This document shows, piece by piece, positions 36,051 through 49,513 of a stretch of 64,000 nt of DNA (position 1 is the first letter of the stretch; every line of letters begins with the position of its first letter). Source of the DNA: Podarcis tiliguerta (Eukaryota); the NCBI GenBank assembly GCA_965153285.1, contig OZ229113.1; one strand, written 5' to 3'. Below the pieces are notes generated by a model. That model saw only the letters and a list, made by a program, of their open reading frames with translations. It was not told the origin of the DNA and did not search any database. Both the position numbers and the translations under genes were made by a program.

Positions 36051-39000
36051 TGCAATAAAACAGTCTGGAGGGCCCTTTCACAAGGCTATTGTGTGTTGGT
36101 GGACATTCACATTGTGCTAGGGTGGCCTGATGCAAAGGAAGACAAGACCCTTTCCCCTTTAATTAGAGCATGTTCTCCCATTTCCCTTGGTCAACCTTTT
36201 CACTGCTTTCCTGTTTAGCTTAGCCTAGATGCTTCTATTATTCTCGGCTGCATTTGCTGCTCTGTCCTTGCAAGACTATTGTTTCCAGCAGAGGCAGCAT
36301 ACAGTGTTGAAACAGCGGTACCTTGGCCCCACGCACCCAGTTTTAAATATTTAATTGTAAAAGAATGGCATTGTGGAATCACAAGAAAATCAGAAAAAAA
36401 CCTGGGGTGCTCCCTGTTTCTTGCCATAATTTGAGACTAGATGTACGTAGATCCGTTCAGAAACTGGTGGGATAACTTCCTTGATTTAAAATTGCAGTGC
36501 AGGAAATAACCAGAACCTACTTTTATATTACTACCCAAATACCACCAAAATTTACTGTCTTAATTTTCAAAGAGTGTGGAGTTTATACTTTATTATAATT
36601 TATAATAAAATTTACATGTGAAAAGCTGTAAATTACTCTTAAGGAGTAGGAATAATTTTATTTTTGCTAGTTTTACTATGCACAAGTTCCCTTTTCTGTT
36701 TTTAGTTTTCTTTCATGTTTGTATAGGCTCTATTATTTTACTAGCATAGAACATAGATTTATAGGATAATAATTGCCAAGAACACAGCTCATTGTTATGT
36801 TTGTTTTTCTATAATCTTATGGAGAGTCTTTTGCTAACATGCAGTTTTAGAAAATTTGTTTCTATGCCGCTGCCAAAGCTGCAACTTATGAACCTAGGGA
36901 GCAGCCAAAGTTGGCTTCCATAGATCATCAAGTTTCTTGCTAAAATTATGTAAATGGGCTTCTGCTTGTAGTCTGTATGGGACAATGCATGCATTAACAG
37001 CAGCGAGGGCCATATAAGCAACATTGACCCATTAAATCCTACTGTAAAAATAACTAACATCAATAAGTTCAACATGCCAAGTCTTCATACTAAATAATAA
37101 TACTTTTCTTTGAAAGGGGGGAATTCCAGTTAATTCACATTTTAAGGATCCCATATATGTTTCTACTTACTTCAGGGTCGCTGAAAATGTGTTTAGAAGT
37201 TTTCTTTATTCTGAATCTGAAATGTAATGCTTTCTTTATGTTTAAGTTCCGTCTTAAGAATCTTCATAAATCCTTTCCCCAAATTTTTAGAATGAACACA
37301 TAGAGTGATATTACTACTACAGGCCTACTATACAGCTATGTATTCCCACACTGTCGCCCACCAAGTTTTGTCCCCTTTGTAACAGACTTTTGTACACTCA
37401 GCCAGCAACACTGTCTGCAGAACTGAATGAGGGCAAAATAATTCATTCAGCCAAGCAAGTTCCATTGAAATGAACTGGAAATGTGTGCAAGAGCACAGTA
37501 GTGCCTTCATGCAAATCCTATTTATTTCAGTGAAATTTGCTCGGCAGATGTTTGTGAAGGATTGTGCTTATGCTCTACAAGTTGTGAACAATGCCTTTCA
37601 GCTGAATGTGGTCATTTTATAGTTTATGGTATCCATCCCAGCTTTGTGGGTCTCCAGCACAACCACAGGACTTCCAAATGGATTCTCTAAGCAAGAAATG
37701 CATTTATCCAAGACGCTCCAAGAAAGATTCAAGCTTTGAGGTGGTGGGCAATAGAGAGCACAATTCATCTGAGATCCTCCAGGCACCAACAAAACAGCAG
37801 AGAGATAAATGCTATAGAGCGTTAGGCGGCTTTGAAATCTTGCCATTCATTCATCACTGCTGGCTCTGTAACTCTTGGCAGGCCCAGAGATATTGAACCA
37901 CATACAAAATGCAAATGAGTCGAGGAGTGGACAAGCTTCAGTGACCAAACAAGCCAGCTGATTTCTCTGTGTGGGGTGTCACACTTCTGACCCTGTGGTT
38001 AGGATTAGGGGTGTAGTTGCTCATGTTTCCATCAAGGACTCATTAGAACTTGCTCACAGAAGCCTACCAGGTCTAGTACACAACACTAGGTCTGCCAACA
38101 AAGTATATGTTTTTCTAGTAGCATAGTACAGAGCCATTTTTAAAAAAAACCAGAGGAACTACAAGCCACTTCACTGGTCCACAGGTAGACTAAAGGTGAA
38201 ACCAATAATGCTATTTACCAGGTGGCTGAATGATGTGAAACAGTCAGCACCACTGTTTGAGATACGACACATGGCCACTATTTCTACCTTCTAGAAATAA
38301 ATGAATACTTTTTTCTTTTAACAACTTTTTCCAGCTGGGAGAAAAGGACTTAGAGGTATTTATTCTGTGTTATTTTTCAACCTATCTTGTTTCTTTTTTG
38401 TACTGCTTTAAAAACTATTTTTAGTTGCTTTTATGTACATTACCTTTAGGCTCATGTGGAAGGCACATCATAAATTAATATACAGTAAGAAATAAAAACA
38501 AACATTTTAAAAGAATATTTTAACAATCTGTTCTAATCCATCCTATGCTTCTTTGTTTTTCTTATTATACTTCTTTTTAAAGTAGCTGCCCTATATCTTA
38601 GCCATTTTTGAATCATTAATTTCACCCACATCTTAATTTATTAATGAGCCTACCTTCTTTCTGGCATTTCTTTCCCCCAAATATATTTGCAAATCCTTTC
38701 TTATTCCCTCCAGGGCATCAGCTCATCTGCTTGCTTGCTTTTTCTTACCCTTATCTTTCCCTTGCAGCCTTAACTAACTCTGTGAAGAATTATTTAGTTT
38801 GATTCTTTCCCCGCCCCAACAACAATTTTAGTAGAGATTTTTATAAAGTTATTGTTTAACCCAAGTCTTTGATTGCTGTGCACTACAACAAAAAACATGT
38901 CACGATTTTATTGTCAAATGTATTGCATGGTGTTGTCTTCTCAAGGAGGATTTGTCACACAAACAGACAGCTTGTTGTAAAGCTTGTTTTCAACCATCAC

Positions 39001-39186
39001 CTCTGCTTCATGCTCTACTCTTGCCCTCATAATGGGAGAAAATTAGGCTACAGTGACTTTAGAATAAAGTAAGCTAAGGCTCTCTTATTTAAAAGGTGGC
39101 TTGTGTTTCTGTCATTCTGAATCTAGAGTAGGAGATGGCAGCCTTTGTGTTTAACAGGTAGCGGTTTCATTATTCCTCCCAGGCAG

Positions 39187-40830
39187 TAGGGCTGGGCAAT
39201 AACTGGTTTTCAATATTGCAATGTATCACCAGCTAAACAGCACAATCTATTGATATATCACGATATCTGAAATAAGGAAGGAATTACGCAGAGGCGAACA
39301 GGACAACTGCTACTACTTAAGGGCTCAAAACTGATAAATGATTATATTATCAATCACCTCATGATCACTTTCAGCAAAGTCTGGTGATGATTCATACTGA
39401 ATACAAATAATCTGGGACTGTCAGTCTGCCAGCAAGCCTGCTACGCGGGAGAAGCGGCAGCAGCCTGGTGGCAGCAGAATCAGTAATGGGGGGGGGGGGC
39501 AGAAGAAGCGGCAGCTTGCCAGCAGTGACACAATAATCAGCCTGTGAAGCCTTGCCACGGCAGTGGGCAGTGGTGGCAGCAATAGTGGTGGCCTGCAAGG
39601 CCTTGCGGTGGTGGTAAAATTGGCGATGGCCTGCAAGGCCCTGACATGATGGTGGCAGTAGCAGCAGCAGCCTGTGAGTCATTGCGGTGGCAGCAGGAGA
39701 TGGTGACAGAAGCAGAGGTGACCTACAAGGCCTTGCTGAGGCAGGCTGCTACAGCTTTGGCCACAGCCTCCCACTACCACCAAGAGGACTTGCAGGCCGC
39801 CGCCACTTCTTGCCAGCATGGCGAGGCCTCACAAGCCCCACTTCTTGGGTCACCACGAGGCCTTGCAGGCTGCCACTACCATTGCCACCATGTCCCATTG
39901 CTGCTATGAGGCTTTGCAGGCCACCGCTGCTACTGCTGCCATCTCCCGTCAACACCGCAAGGTCTTGCAGGCTGCCACCATTTCTTCTGTCTCATTTTGT
40001 CGCTGCAGTGAGGCCCTGCAGGTCACTGCCATTACTGCCACCAACTTCTGTTGCCGCTACAAGGCCTCGCAAGCCACTGCCGCTACTGCCACCACCTCCC
40101 ATCACTGCTGTGAGTTCTCACAGGCTGCCGCTGCTAATGCCGCCAGCTCCTGTCTCTGCCTCACAAGTCGCCACTGCTTTTTCTGCTGCCACAAGGCCAT
40201 GTAGGCTGCCGCTGCTACTGCTTCCCCCTCCTGTTGCCGCCATGAGGACTCACAGGCCACCACTGATTGTGCCGCCACCACAAGGCCTTGCAGGTTGTTG
40301 CCGCTACTGCCAACATGTACTGCAATCATGGCAAGCTGTTTCTGCCTCTGCTGCTTCTGCCTCCTAGCAGGTCTGCTGGCAGTCCCAGATTATTTGTATT
40401 CACTATGACACATCTGCATACTTTGGATTGTCCTGAATACCACCATTTGGTAGCCAAGCCCAAAACCAAAAGTCCTGTTGGGATGCATTTTGGCTTGCTT
40501 GCTGATGAAACTGAGAGTGGGATGATTAATAATATTGTCATTTATCCATTTTAGACTGCTAAGTAGTAGCAGTTGCCAGGACATTGTCCTGTTTGCCTCT
40601 GTATAATCCCATCCTTATTTTAGACATTGTTGTAGATTGCAGTGTTTAGCTGGTGAGTTATTTTGATGTTTAGCTAGTAAGTTGTTGCAATGTTGGAAAC
40701 CAGATATCGCCTAGCCCTTACACACATTGTGATTCGTGATATATTGCCCGTTCCAATATTATGAAACAATTATCACGATGTGAACTTCAAACCGGTTTTG
40801 GACAACATATCTATATATCGCGCAGCCCTA
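39187..40830. mobile_element. Non-autonomous hAT-type element with internal inverted duplication and degenerate minisatellite
   Basis: Termini TAGGGCTG ... CAGCCCTA and a perfect 8-bp TSD CCAGGCAG (39179-39186, 40831-40838). The interior is an imperfect fold-back. Confidence 0.88.
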
Positions 40831-42244
40831 CCAGGCAGCATGTTTGATCAGTTCCTGTTCAGAGACAGACTTAATGAGAGGAATGTAATGGAGAATAATA
40901 CTCAGAGAGGGAAAGGATTAATTTTTATAATCCAAAATGAGACTGCATAGTAATTCACCTGGAGTAATATTCAGTTCTTCAATCTCCAAGTTGAAATGTT
41001 TTGGTAGGCTTCACACAAGGACCGTAAGTACTTATTGGTCCATGTAGCCATTGGTTCCATTGCTGTCTATTGAGGCTGGCCATGGCTCTCCAAGATGTCA
41101 GGCACAAACTTCCCCCTCCTATTATACTTGCCACTGTATGTGTGTACTACTAGTGAGCTATGGCCGCTCCACCGAAAGGGCAGCTCCAAGGTAGCTTATG
41201 GCTCCATAGGGCAGTGCAGCAATGGGTAAATAGTTTACACTTGTATGTGAACCACTATGTGGGAATCTTTGTTTTTTAGCTGTTGACCTTTGCAACCTCC
41301 ATGGTGTCTGAATTGTCTGTATGAGGTACCAATTATAATATAGACTGGGGTAGATAACATGGTGCTCTCCAGATGTTGTTGGCTTACATCGTCATCCCTT
41401 AACATTGACCATACAGATCAATTGTGGCTGATCAATTTGCAGTCCTTGGTGAGTGGTATTCCTGAAACAGATACAAATTGGAATTGAACTGCTGGACAGC
41501 CATAGCTGGATCAACCCTTGTTATACAAGCAAAGTGCTCATTGTTGTTACTAACGGGATGAAGACATTACAAGGCACCTGAGGAGGGCACTGTGTGCCTG
41601 TCTGCACACAGAAACATTGTACTTCCCCCTTTCATTGGGGACCATTTCCCCCAGCAGTGTCAGGGGTGTAAATTAGGTTTTGTTTCAAAGTGTAGCCATA
41701 TAATTCTCCGCTTCTCACCCCACTAACAAGGGAAGCACAACCATTCACTTATACGCAGTGATGGGCGGACCTTCCTTTGCTACATTTAAAAGGATGTTGA
41801 TCAGATAACTGACATCCGGGGATTCACAACTTCTTTTTAATTATCAGTGGGGTTTGCCAATGGTCTCTGAAGTCATAAACATGACCTTGGAAGTGCACTT
41901 GCTTAGTTTTATGTGACCAGTAATTGCTGTCCATGACTTAAATGCAGGCCAAAATCACTCTTTCTATGTGCAGAAACTTGTTTTCTATTCCAAACTGCAG
42001 AAGAATTTCTGAGAGCTTAATGTTTACCTTGTATTTGAGGCAAGCATTAAAGGATGCTGAGATCCATACCACCGAGGCAAGAATTGTGTAATCTTGGGAT
42101 GTCTCTGCTTATACATTTATAAGTAAATGTACAATCTGGAACAATAATGGGGTGGGGGCTAAAGCCTTTGTGGTAGGCTATCCCCTTCTAACCGTGTTGC
42201 TAGTTAATCTCATTTGCTTTGCCCAGCAGAACTCAATGGGTGGC

Positions 42245-42506
42245 AGGACTGGAGCTAATGGGTGGACATTGCAGGGAAGCAGATTTCTTCTAAACATGAG
42301 AAGAAACTTCCTTCTGGTATGAGCTGTTCAAGAGAACAGACTTCTTAGGGAGGTTGTCTGCTCTCCTTCGCTGAAGATATTTAAGCTGAGGCTTGGATGA
42401 CCATCTGTTAGGGATGCTGTAATTTCATCCTGCATTGTACTTTCCCCACTGAGCAAAGGGTTGGACTAGATCACCACCCAGGTACCTTCCAGCTCTAAAA
42501 TTCTGA
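42245..42506 (+). mobile_element. CR1 LINE 3' fragment
   Basis: gcagatttcttctaaacatgagaagaaacttcc (RFLLNMRRNF), tctccttcgctgaagatatttaag and ggttggactagat..ttccagctctaaaattctgatg. Confidence 0.8.
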
Positions 42507-44966
42507 TGTCATGTCTGACAGATTACATGACTCTGTGTGTGTGTTTGTGTGTGTATAGTGTCCCCGGATTCATTGAAAAAAAATCCCAAGGGCCTGATAG
42601 AGAGTGCTGGAAGGTTGCTTCTGGGCCCCAAGTCTCGGGTCCCATCCCCGCTACATGCACACATATCTCAGTTCGGTTTTTCTTTTCTTACTCCCACTGG
42701 GGTGTGACAAAGATAGAAAGCACAGATAACTTTATTATTAGCATTCAGACTGAATACTTCATTGAGGAGGACACAAGGCTCCGCATGTCAGTGATTCATT
42801 ATTTTTTCATGGAAGCTGTTGTTTCTGTGATTCCTTAACGGGTTGTTTCTGTTGCTCTTTCCCCTCCCCTGCCACAGCATCCTAGCTGTTGCTATGGAGA
42901 GGGTTACAGATAAGTAAAGCCAAATGAGGTCACTCACTGTCATGTGCACATGGGACCTGCCTGCCCACTGCTGCTACTAGGGCCATTCTGTTCCTCTGCC
43001 TGCATTTCCCTTCCATTTCTGGAGACGGACAGCTCTAGACGGAGTTAGGCAAAAATCAGCAAAATGTGGGTGGGGGTGGAGCTGTTGTTTGTTTTTAGTA
43101 AATCTGGAGTTTCATTTTGGTTTATATAGAATTTGGGGGGCAAATTTTTCCTGCCACAAGTTCCTTTTTCAGGTTGATTCTTCTATAAATGTAGATAGAC
43201 TATGGACATTTTGACCTATCCCCAGTGTTGGGTTTTTGTTCAGGGTAATATATTTTGTAGGGTTTTGTTTTGTTTGTTTTTTTGTTTACATGGTGGAGCA
43301 AGAAGCTTAGAGAAGAGACCTGGCACAGAGCAGTTGGGATTCGGTTAATCTGCTTAGAAATACATTAATCGGGGGGATCAGATGCTGTCAACAATACTCT
43401 CTGCCCTCGCCATGTTTCCCTCTCGTCCGTTCCCACCCTCTCCGTCTGTTCCTACCCTTCGCCCTTCTTGTCCTATTTCCAGGCTGTGAAAGTCAGTGGG
43501 TAATGAGGCACAAGGAGATTAAAGGCAAATTAACAAATAAAATATTAATCCGAGATCTAAATGGAAATTAAAAAATGTGCTTTAGGATATTTATTTAAAA
43601 GACAGACACACATACAAAAAAACATGCAATTTTAGGCAAAGCGGATGCAATCATAGTTTTCCTGGAAAGTGCTTAGGCAACAGGCAGTTTGCAGCAGAAA
43701 ACTAAATCCTCACTGTTTACCTCTACAGAAGGTTCAATGCAGGACAAAGTTATTCTATTTAAGTCTCTTCTTTTGCCTGCATTGGTGTGTTACATTATCC
43801 AGGTTTAGCATCCAGTCAAGGCAACATCAGACCACCTTTGCTTCAGGGGATTTTTCACTTTTGAAAGGATCTGATGACAAATATGGAGGCCCTTAGAGCA
43901 GGGAGAATTAAGATGTGGCCCTTCATATGTTGCTGAGCTGCAACACCCCATCAGCCCCTTGTATTCACCTTGATGATAGGGTTAAAGTGACATTTTGAAA
44001 GCACCTTGCAGGACATTAAAGGGTATGTTTACAAGAAGCTACAGGTGCCTAGCACAGAAAGACTGCCTCTGCACAGATGTCATTCCACCAAAAGAGAAAT
44101 GCTGAGTTAAGCAACTTTGCAAATTCCTGCATCTTGGCTTCATCCCAGAAAGAAGCAGCAATAAGCCAATAATAACCTTCACTTTAGCATGTGCCTTCCA
44201 ATTGGCCCAGCATACTAAAACTGCGCTGCTAGTGACATCACAGGAGACTTGACATTAGACCCCCAAAACAGCAAAGCTGAACCAGTGAACTCTGCAGAGA
44301 AAGAGGGGGGTGGGGCAGAGAACCAAAGGAAGAAGGGAAGAAGTTGGCTTTAGTACAAGATTGCTAAACCAATTTGGTTGGGAACAGGATATATGTCACA
44401 CCTTTACACAAAGGTTTTCATTATCTGTCTAAAGATTCTAGTTTTCCATGTGTGGTTGTTGTTGTTTTTTTAAAAAAATAAAAAATGCTGCTGTTATCTT
44501 TCTGGCTTTTGCACCTCCCCATTCCTGCTAAAAACAGTGACAAAAACATGGCTAGATGGAATACAGGAGGAAATAATTAAAAAGTATCTAGGTACTAAAG
44601 TTGCAAGGTGTTTTGTTTTGTTTTTTTAAATCTCCTTAAGCTATATGTCAGTTGATTGAATGAGTGCATGGGAGATTCAAGATCAGGGCTTGTATACCTG
44701 GAAGTCATCAAGTTCCTGAGATTGGCAGAGACAAATTTCCTGATCCTCATGCATTTATATTTGTCATCTTCTGTATATAGCACATCTGAGCTGAAAATTT
44801 TGTTTCAGCTTTTTACCTAAGAAAAATGACAGGAGGTAGCAGGGAGAAATGCTCCTTGAGGTGAGAAAAGTTTTAAAAAATTAATACCAGATGTCTGTTT
44901 CCTGTGAAACACAGCATTCTGCTTTATACCAAGTCAGAGACCACTCATCCACCTTGTTCAGTATTG

Positions 44967-45323
44967 CCTACCACTGAGCCTCTTGGGCTTGCTGATCAGA
45001 AGGTTGGCGGTTTGAATCCCTGCAACGGGGTGAGCTCCCTTTCCTCTTTCCCAGCTCCTGCCAACCCAGCAATTTGAAAGCATGCCTGTGCAAGTAGATA
45101 AATAGGTATAGCAGTGGTGGGAAGGTAAACGGCGTTTCCATGCGTTCTCATTTCCGTCAAGGTGTCCCATTGCACCAGAAGCGGTTTAGTCATGCTGGCC
45201 ACATGACCTGGAAAGGTGTCTGTGGACAAACGCCAGCTCCCTTGGCCTGAAAGCAAGATGAGTGCCACAACCCCATAGTCGCCTTTGACTGGAGTTAACC
45301 ATCCAGGGGTCTTTTACTTTTAC
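44967..45323 (+). mobile_element. Sauria SINE (Squam1-like), 5' end slightly truncated
   Basis: ccactgagcctcttgggcttgctgatcagaaggttggcggtttgaatccc...aagtagataaataggta...ccaggggtcttttactttta. Homologous to the 14495 copy in opposite orientation. Confidence 0.9.
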
Positions 45324-45477
45324 ACCAGCAGTGTTCAGCCTTTTAATACCTGGGGCCCACCTTTAGCCCAAACACACTTTTTAATTTTTAGCCATATATT
45401 TGTATGATAGTAGTGCTGTCACCCAGTGGAACCCAGCTGTTGAAGACCAGTTTGCTAAAATGAGTGACTGTGGATAT

Positions 45478-45590
45478 CCAAGGGTTCAGACAGTGGTTTT
45501 CTCCAGTTTTACCTGGAGATGCAAGGGATTGAATCTGTGCCACTTCTTGAATGCAAAGCTTGAGCTCTACCATTGAGCTATGCCTCTTTC
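45478..45590 (-). mobile_element. tRNA-Ala-type SINE head fragment
   Basis: acctggagatgcaagggattgaatct...atgcaaagc...ctctaccattgagctatg is the reversed tRNA-Ala-like head. Confidence 0.7.
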
Positions 45591-46673
45591 CATTGTGCAT
45601 TAACTTTGAATGCATGAGTGACGTTGTTTATGAATTGGCTGCTCGGTTGACATGTCCAGTGTAACAAATAACCTTTTTCTTTTGTATGTTTATTTGGTGA
45701 AGAATAAGGCTAAGCAAAAACATGAAAAAGATGATAGGATTCCTATACTTTAAAAGTCATGCAAAAAAGAGGGTTTCAGAAGGTATAACTTTCCATGCAC
45801 CTGCTGGAATTGCCTTTTCTACACAGCTGTTAAAAGTGCAAGAGTCCTGCCCTTTATTTTGCATCTGGCCACACTATCCATCCTGATGCTGCTCATGGTC
45901 TGTCGTTAGTTCTCTGCTACACAATTCCCTAAACTTTTAAAGGTGTACCTGTCTCCAAGTTGTGCTACCTTCTCTGATGTGTCTTCTAAAAAGGCCCCCC
46001 TATTGGAGCACCCATCTTTAGCCATACTGCTAGAGCAAAACAACAAATCCCTGCTCATCTTGTGACATTTTCATTTATGTTCTAGCATGATGGTGCCCAG
46101 GGCATACAGAAAAGCTCATTAATTAACCCCCACGAGCTTCTGTCCCTGCCAGGCGTATTGAATCCATCCATCTATTCCATCTGGCAAAGGGAAACACACA
46201 CATAATGTGAGAGTGTACACTGTGCAACCCAACAGTGCTGTAACTCATTTAAAGTAGCCCAGTTCGTTAGCCTACTGTGCATGCCAGGGGGAAGGTGGAT
46301 TGCCCAAGGATATATGGAGATGCCTCTGGGGTTTTACAGGTTTTGAACTAGAGGTCGCATTCTAAATGTTCACATCTGACACCAAAGCTCAGTGCACCTT
46401 TGGGAAAAGCCAATGCAGGAAAGCCCGTCATAAACTACTGCTGCTACTGTTTTAATATACTGTCCTAGTCTATCTCAGTGTTATTAGATTTAAGTTGTGG
46501 CTATTACATTGTTTATTTGGTTTTATTGATTTTACTGTTGTAAGCTGCCTTGAATATGCTTGGTAGAAAGGCAGGGAAAAATTAATGGATAATAACTAAT
46601 GGAGGCGTTTATATTGTGGAGAGGTAGTGTGGTGAGGGAGGGCAGGGTCTCATCATGTTTTTAAGCATCTTAT

Positions 46674-46972
46674 ACATAAGAACATAAGGAGTGCCCTGGA
46701 ACAGAGCAAAGGCCCAGCTAGTCCAGCATCCTGTTTTCACAACTGGATGCCTATGGGAAGCCGGCAAGCAAAACATGACTGCAGAGAACACTTTGCCCCA
46801 CTTGTGCTCAGGTTCCCAGCAACTGGTAATCAGAGACATTCCTCCTCTGATACTGGAGGCAGTATTCAGCCCTGCTGGCTAGTAGCTATTCTTGGGGTTA
46901 TCCTTCATGCATATGTCTAATATCCTTTTAATGTCATCCAAACTGGTGGCTATGAGCAAATTCCATAGTTTA
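46674..46972 (-). mobile_element. CR1-type LINE 3' end
   Basis: cataagaacataagg tail repeat, ggcccagctagtccagcatcctg, cccagcaactggta..cagag and tctaatatccttttaatgtcatcc. Confidence 0.75.
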
Positions 46973-48476
46973 CCCTGAGTCCTTCCACATTGCCTATGTA
47001 TTCAAGTGGAATTCAGTTGCATACTGACAAATTCAAGTTGTGCAATTGAAGTTGAGTTGATGCTCATGCAAAACAAACCCGCTTTCCCCTGGAAATCACA
47101 CTTTTTGTAATAAGGAGTAATGGGAGAATACACTGGGAAGTGGGATAGCAAGGAGGGAGGGGCAGCCACTAATGGCATCTTTCCTTCTATTGCCTCCCAA
47201 AATGTGGAGTCAATACTTCTGTGTTATCAGAGGCAGCGGGTGTGCTGTGTGTGTGTGTGGGGGAGGATTGCTTGGCTTTTGTGGTTATTAAAAAATGCAA
47301 TGGAATGTGTGTGTTCTAAAGGCAGGATGTAACTCTGGTCTGGCTTCTTTCAGCTCGTAGTTCTCCATTTTCAATTTGATATGATATTTCTTAATTTATC
47401 TCTTCCACTGCTATAGAGTTGCCATGTTCAGCCCCCGGGGAAGGCTACATTTCAGCCTTAAAAAGCTATGATTCTGCATGCTGTAATTTTTATGCCAGGC
47501 TATGTTATCATTTTGGCATCCTACAGGATAAAAAAGAATATATATAAATATAAGGTTTCATTTTAGCATTACTAGGTCTGGTAGTTACTGTCAGTTTTCT
47601 GTGTAGCATGGACAAATTCTTGAAGCAATTTCTTGTCGACTATTTTTAATCTACTTTTTTTTTTTTTACTTTGGGAAGTTAACTTGTTTGTTGTGCAGCC
47701 CTTCTCTACGCTCCTTGATGCAGTAAATACTCTGAATTATACACATTGCTTGTTTCATCCCACTTTTTGAGGGGGGGTATCTTCAAACAGCTTGCATCTA
47801 TCAAAAAATTTAAAAAGCTTAATATTGTGCTAGTGGCAAGCACTATGCAAAAAATGGAAACAAGACACATCCCCTGCACTTAAAAACTACAAAGACACAC
47901 AAAAAGGAGTGGAAGGTAAGGGAGGAAGATCAGTTTGACAGCACCACAACAAAGAGATGACCAGAAACCAGTAATTTATATCTTGATGGGTCCGGGCTGC
48001 TCTTCCTTTTCTGGTGTTCTTGCTTGGATAGAAGTTGTGGAATTTAGCAGTGGCTTTCAGTTCTCTCTGTGGTCAGCGGTTGAGACCAAACTGCTCTCAC
48101 CCTCGCCGTGATATAAATGTGCTATGATGGTGTGGTATCATTTATATATTTAGAAAATTTGTCTGGGAGATCCACACAGATTTCAATTAAAACCACTAAA
48201 AAATCAGGCATTCAGTTTTCTGCTTAAAAACTTGCACAAACAGTATAAACAGCATTAAAAACCCAATACAATTGCCTGTTCCAAGGGCAAAAAACCAAAA
48301 TTCCTGGAAGAATAAAATGGCCTTGACTTAACTTGGTGGTGAAAGGATCTTAATGTAGTCACCAGGTGAGATTTGTTGGGGAGGGCATGCCATCATCCAG
48401 GAACCACCATTGAAAAAGCTCTCTCCTTAGTAACCACTCATGATTCTCCAAAAAAAGTCTGTTTCTGTGATTTAAT

Positions 48477-48720
48477 AAGAAGAAGAGTTTGGATTTGATA
48501 TCCCACCTTTCACTCCCTTTAAGGAGTCTCAAAGCGGCTAACATTCTCCTTTCCCTTCCTCCCCCATAACAAACACTCTGTGAGGTGAGTGGGGCTGAGA
48601 GACTTCAAAGAAGTGTGACTGGCCCAAGGTCACCCAGCAGCTGCATGTGGAGGAGCGGAGACGCGAACCTGGTTCCCCAGATTACGAGACTACCGCTCTT
48701 AACCACTACACCACACTAGC
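48477..48720 (-). mobile_element. Squam3-like SINE, young full-length copy
   Basis: Reverse complement of the 19875 copy with about 10 differences over ~243 bp; (AAG)n tail. Confidence 0.9.
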
Positions 48721-49513
48721 ATTTCATTTATGATAGGTAGCATATAGGATCACACTTGGCATTGTGTTAAAAGCATCTCTGATTAAAATGCAGGGGGCAT
48801 CAGGTGGGGGATCTGATAATTATTGTGAGAGCAACAGGCATGGATAGAAAATTTAGGTCTTAAGGAAAATCCCTCCCCTGAAGATGCTATATGCATTTTG
48901 AGGCAATCTTTCATTAGTATCCAGCTCAGTGCAAGTTGTTTATATTTTTTAAAAAAATGCTTCTATAATTTTGAGCCTTTAGGAATTGCTGCCTTTCCCT
49001 CCTCTAAAGTGTTTCATAATTTTTAGATTAAATCACCTTAAATGAATACCTTAAAAAGTTTTAGAAATTTTTAAAGGATTATTTTTAATCCTTTGCTTAT
49101 AAGTAAGAGATTAAATGCAGGTTTTATTCTAAACTTTGGGAATATAGTATGCACTGTTGTGCATAAATCAGGGGAAGATGCCTCCCTTTTTATTTTGTTT
49201 TTATCTTTAACATGTGTTCCGTTTTGTCTTAAAGGAGATACTTTGTCATTGACTGTTAGAGTTGCCAGAACAAACTTTCTCCTTCCTGCTAGGTTTCCCA
49301 CCTGACACCGGGATTACTTGCCAGTAGAAAGCTATAATTTAGTTTCTGAATGGTCTAGAAATATATATTTGCAGGTGCACTTGTTGCTCAACACACTGTT
49401 TACACTGAAATGTAGGCTTCTTGCTAACAATTGCATCAAACTCCCATTGTTTATGCTATGACTTCACAATCTCTGTAGCACAGTTTCTGCTTCTTGGTCA
49501 ATTTTATGTTGTC

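Noticed and set aside
39397-40403. Apparent nested TA-flanked Tc1/mariner element defined by the 29-bp inverted repeat
   Set aside because: The inverted similarity continues outward to 39187/40719, so it is part of the larger fold-back and not a separate TIR pair.
39392-40554. Ala/Cys/Pro-rich ORFs up to 226 aa
   Set aside because: Low-complexity translations of the degenerate minisatellite within the hAT element.
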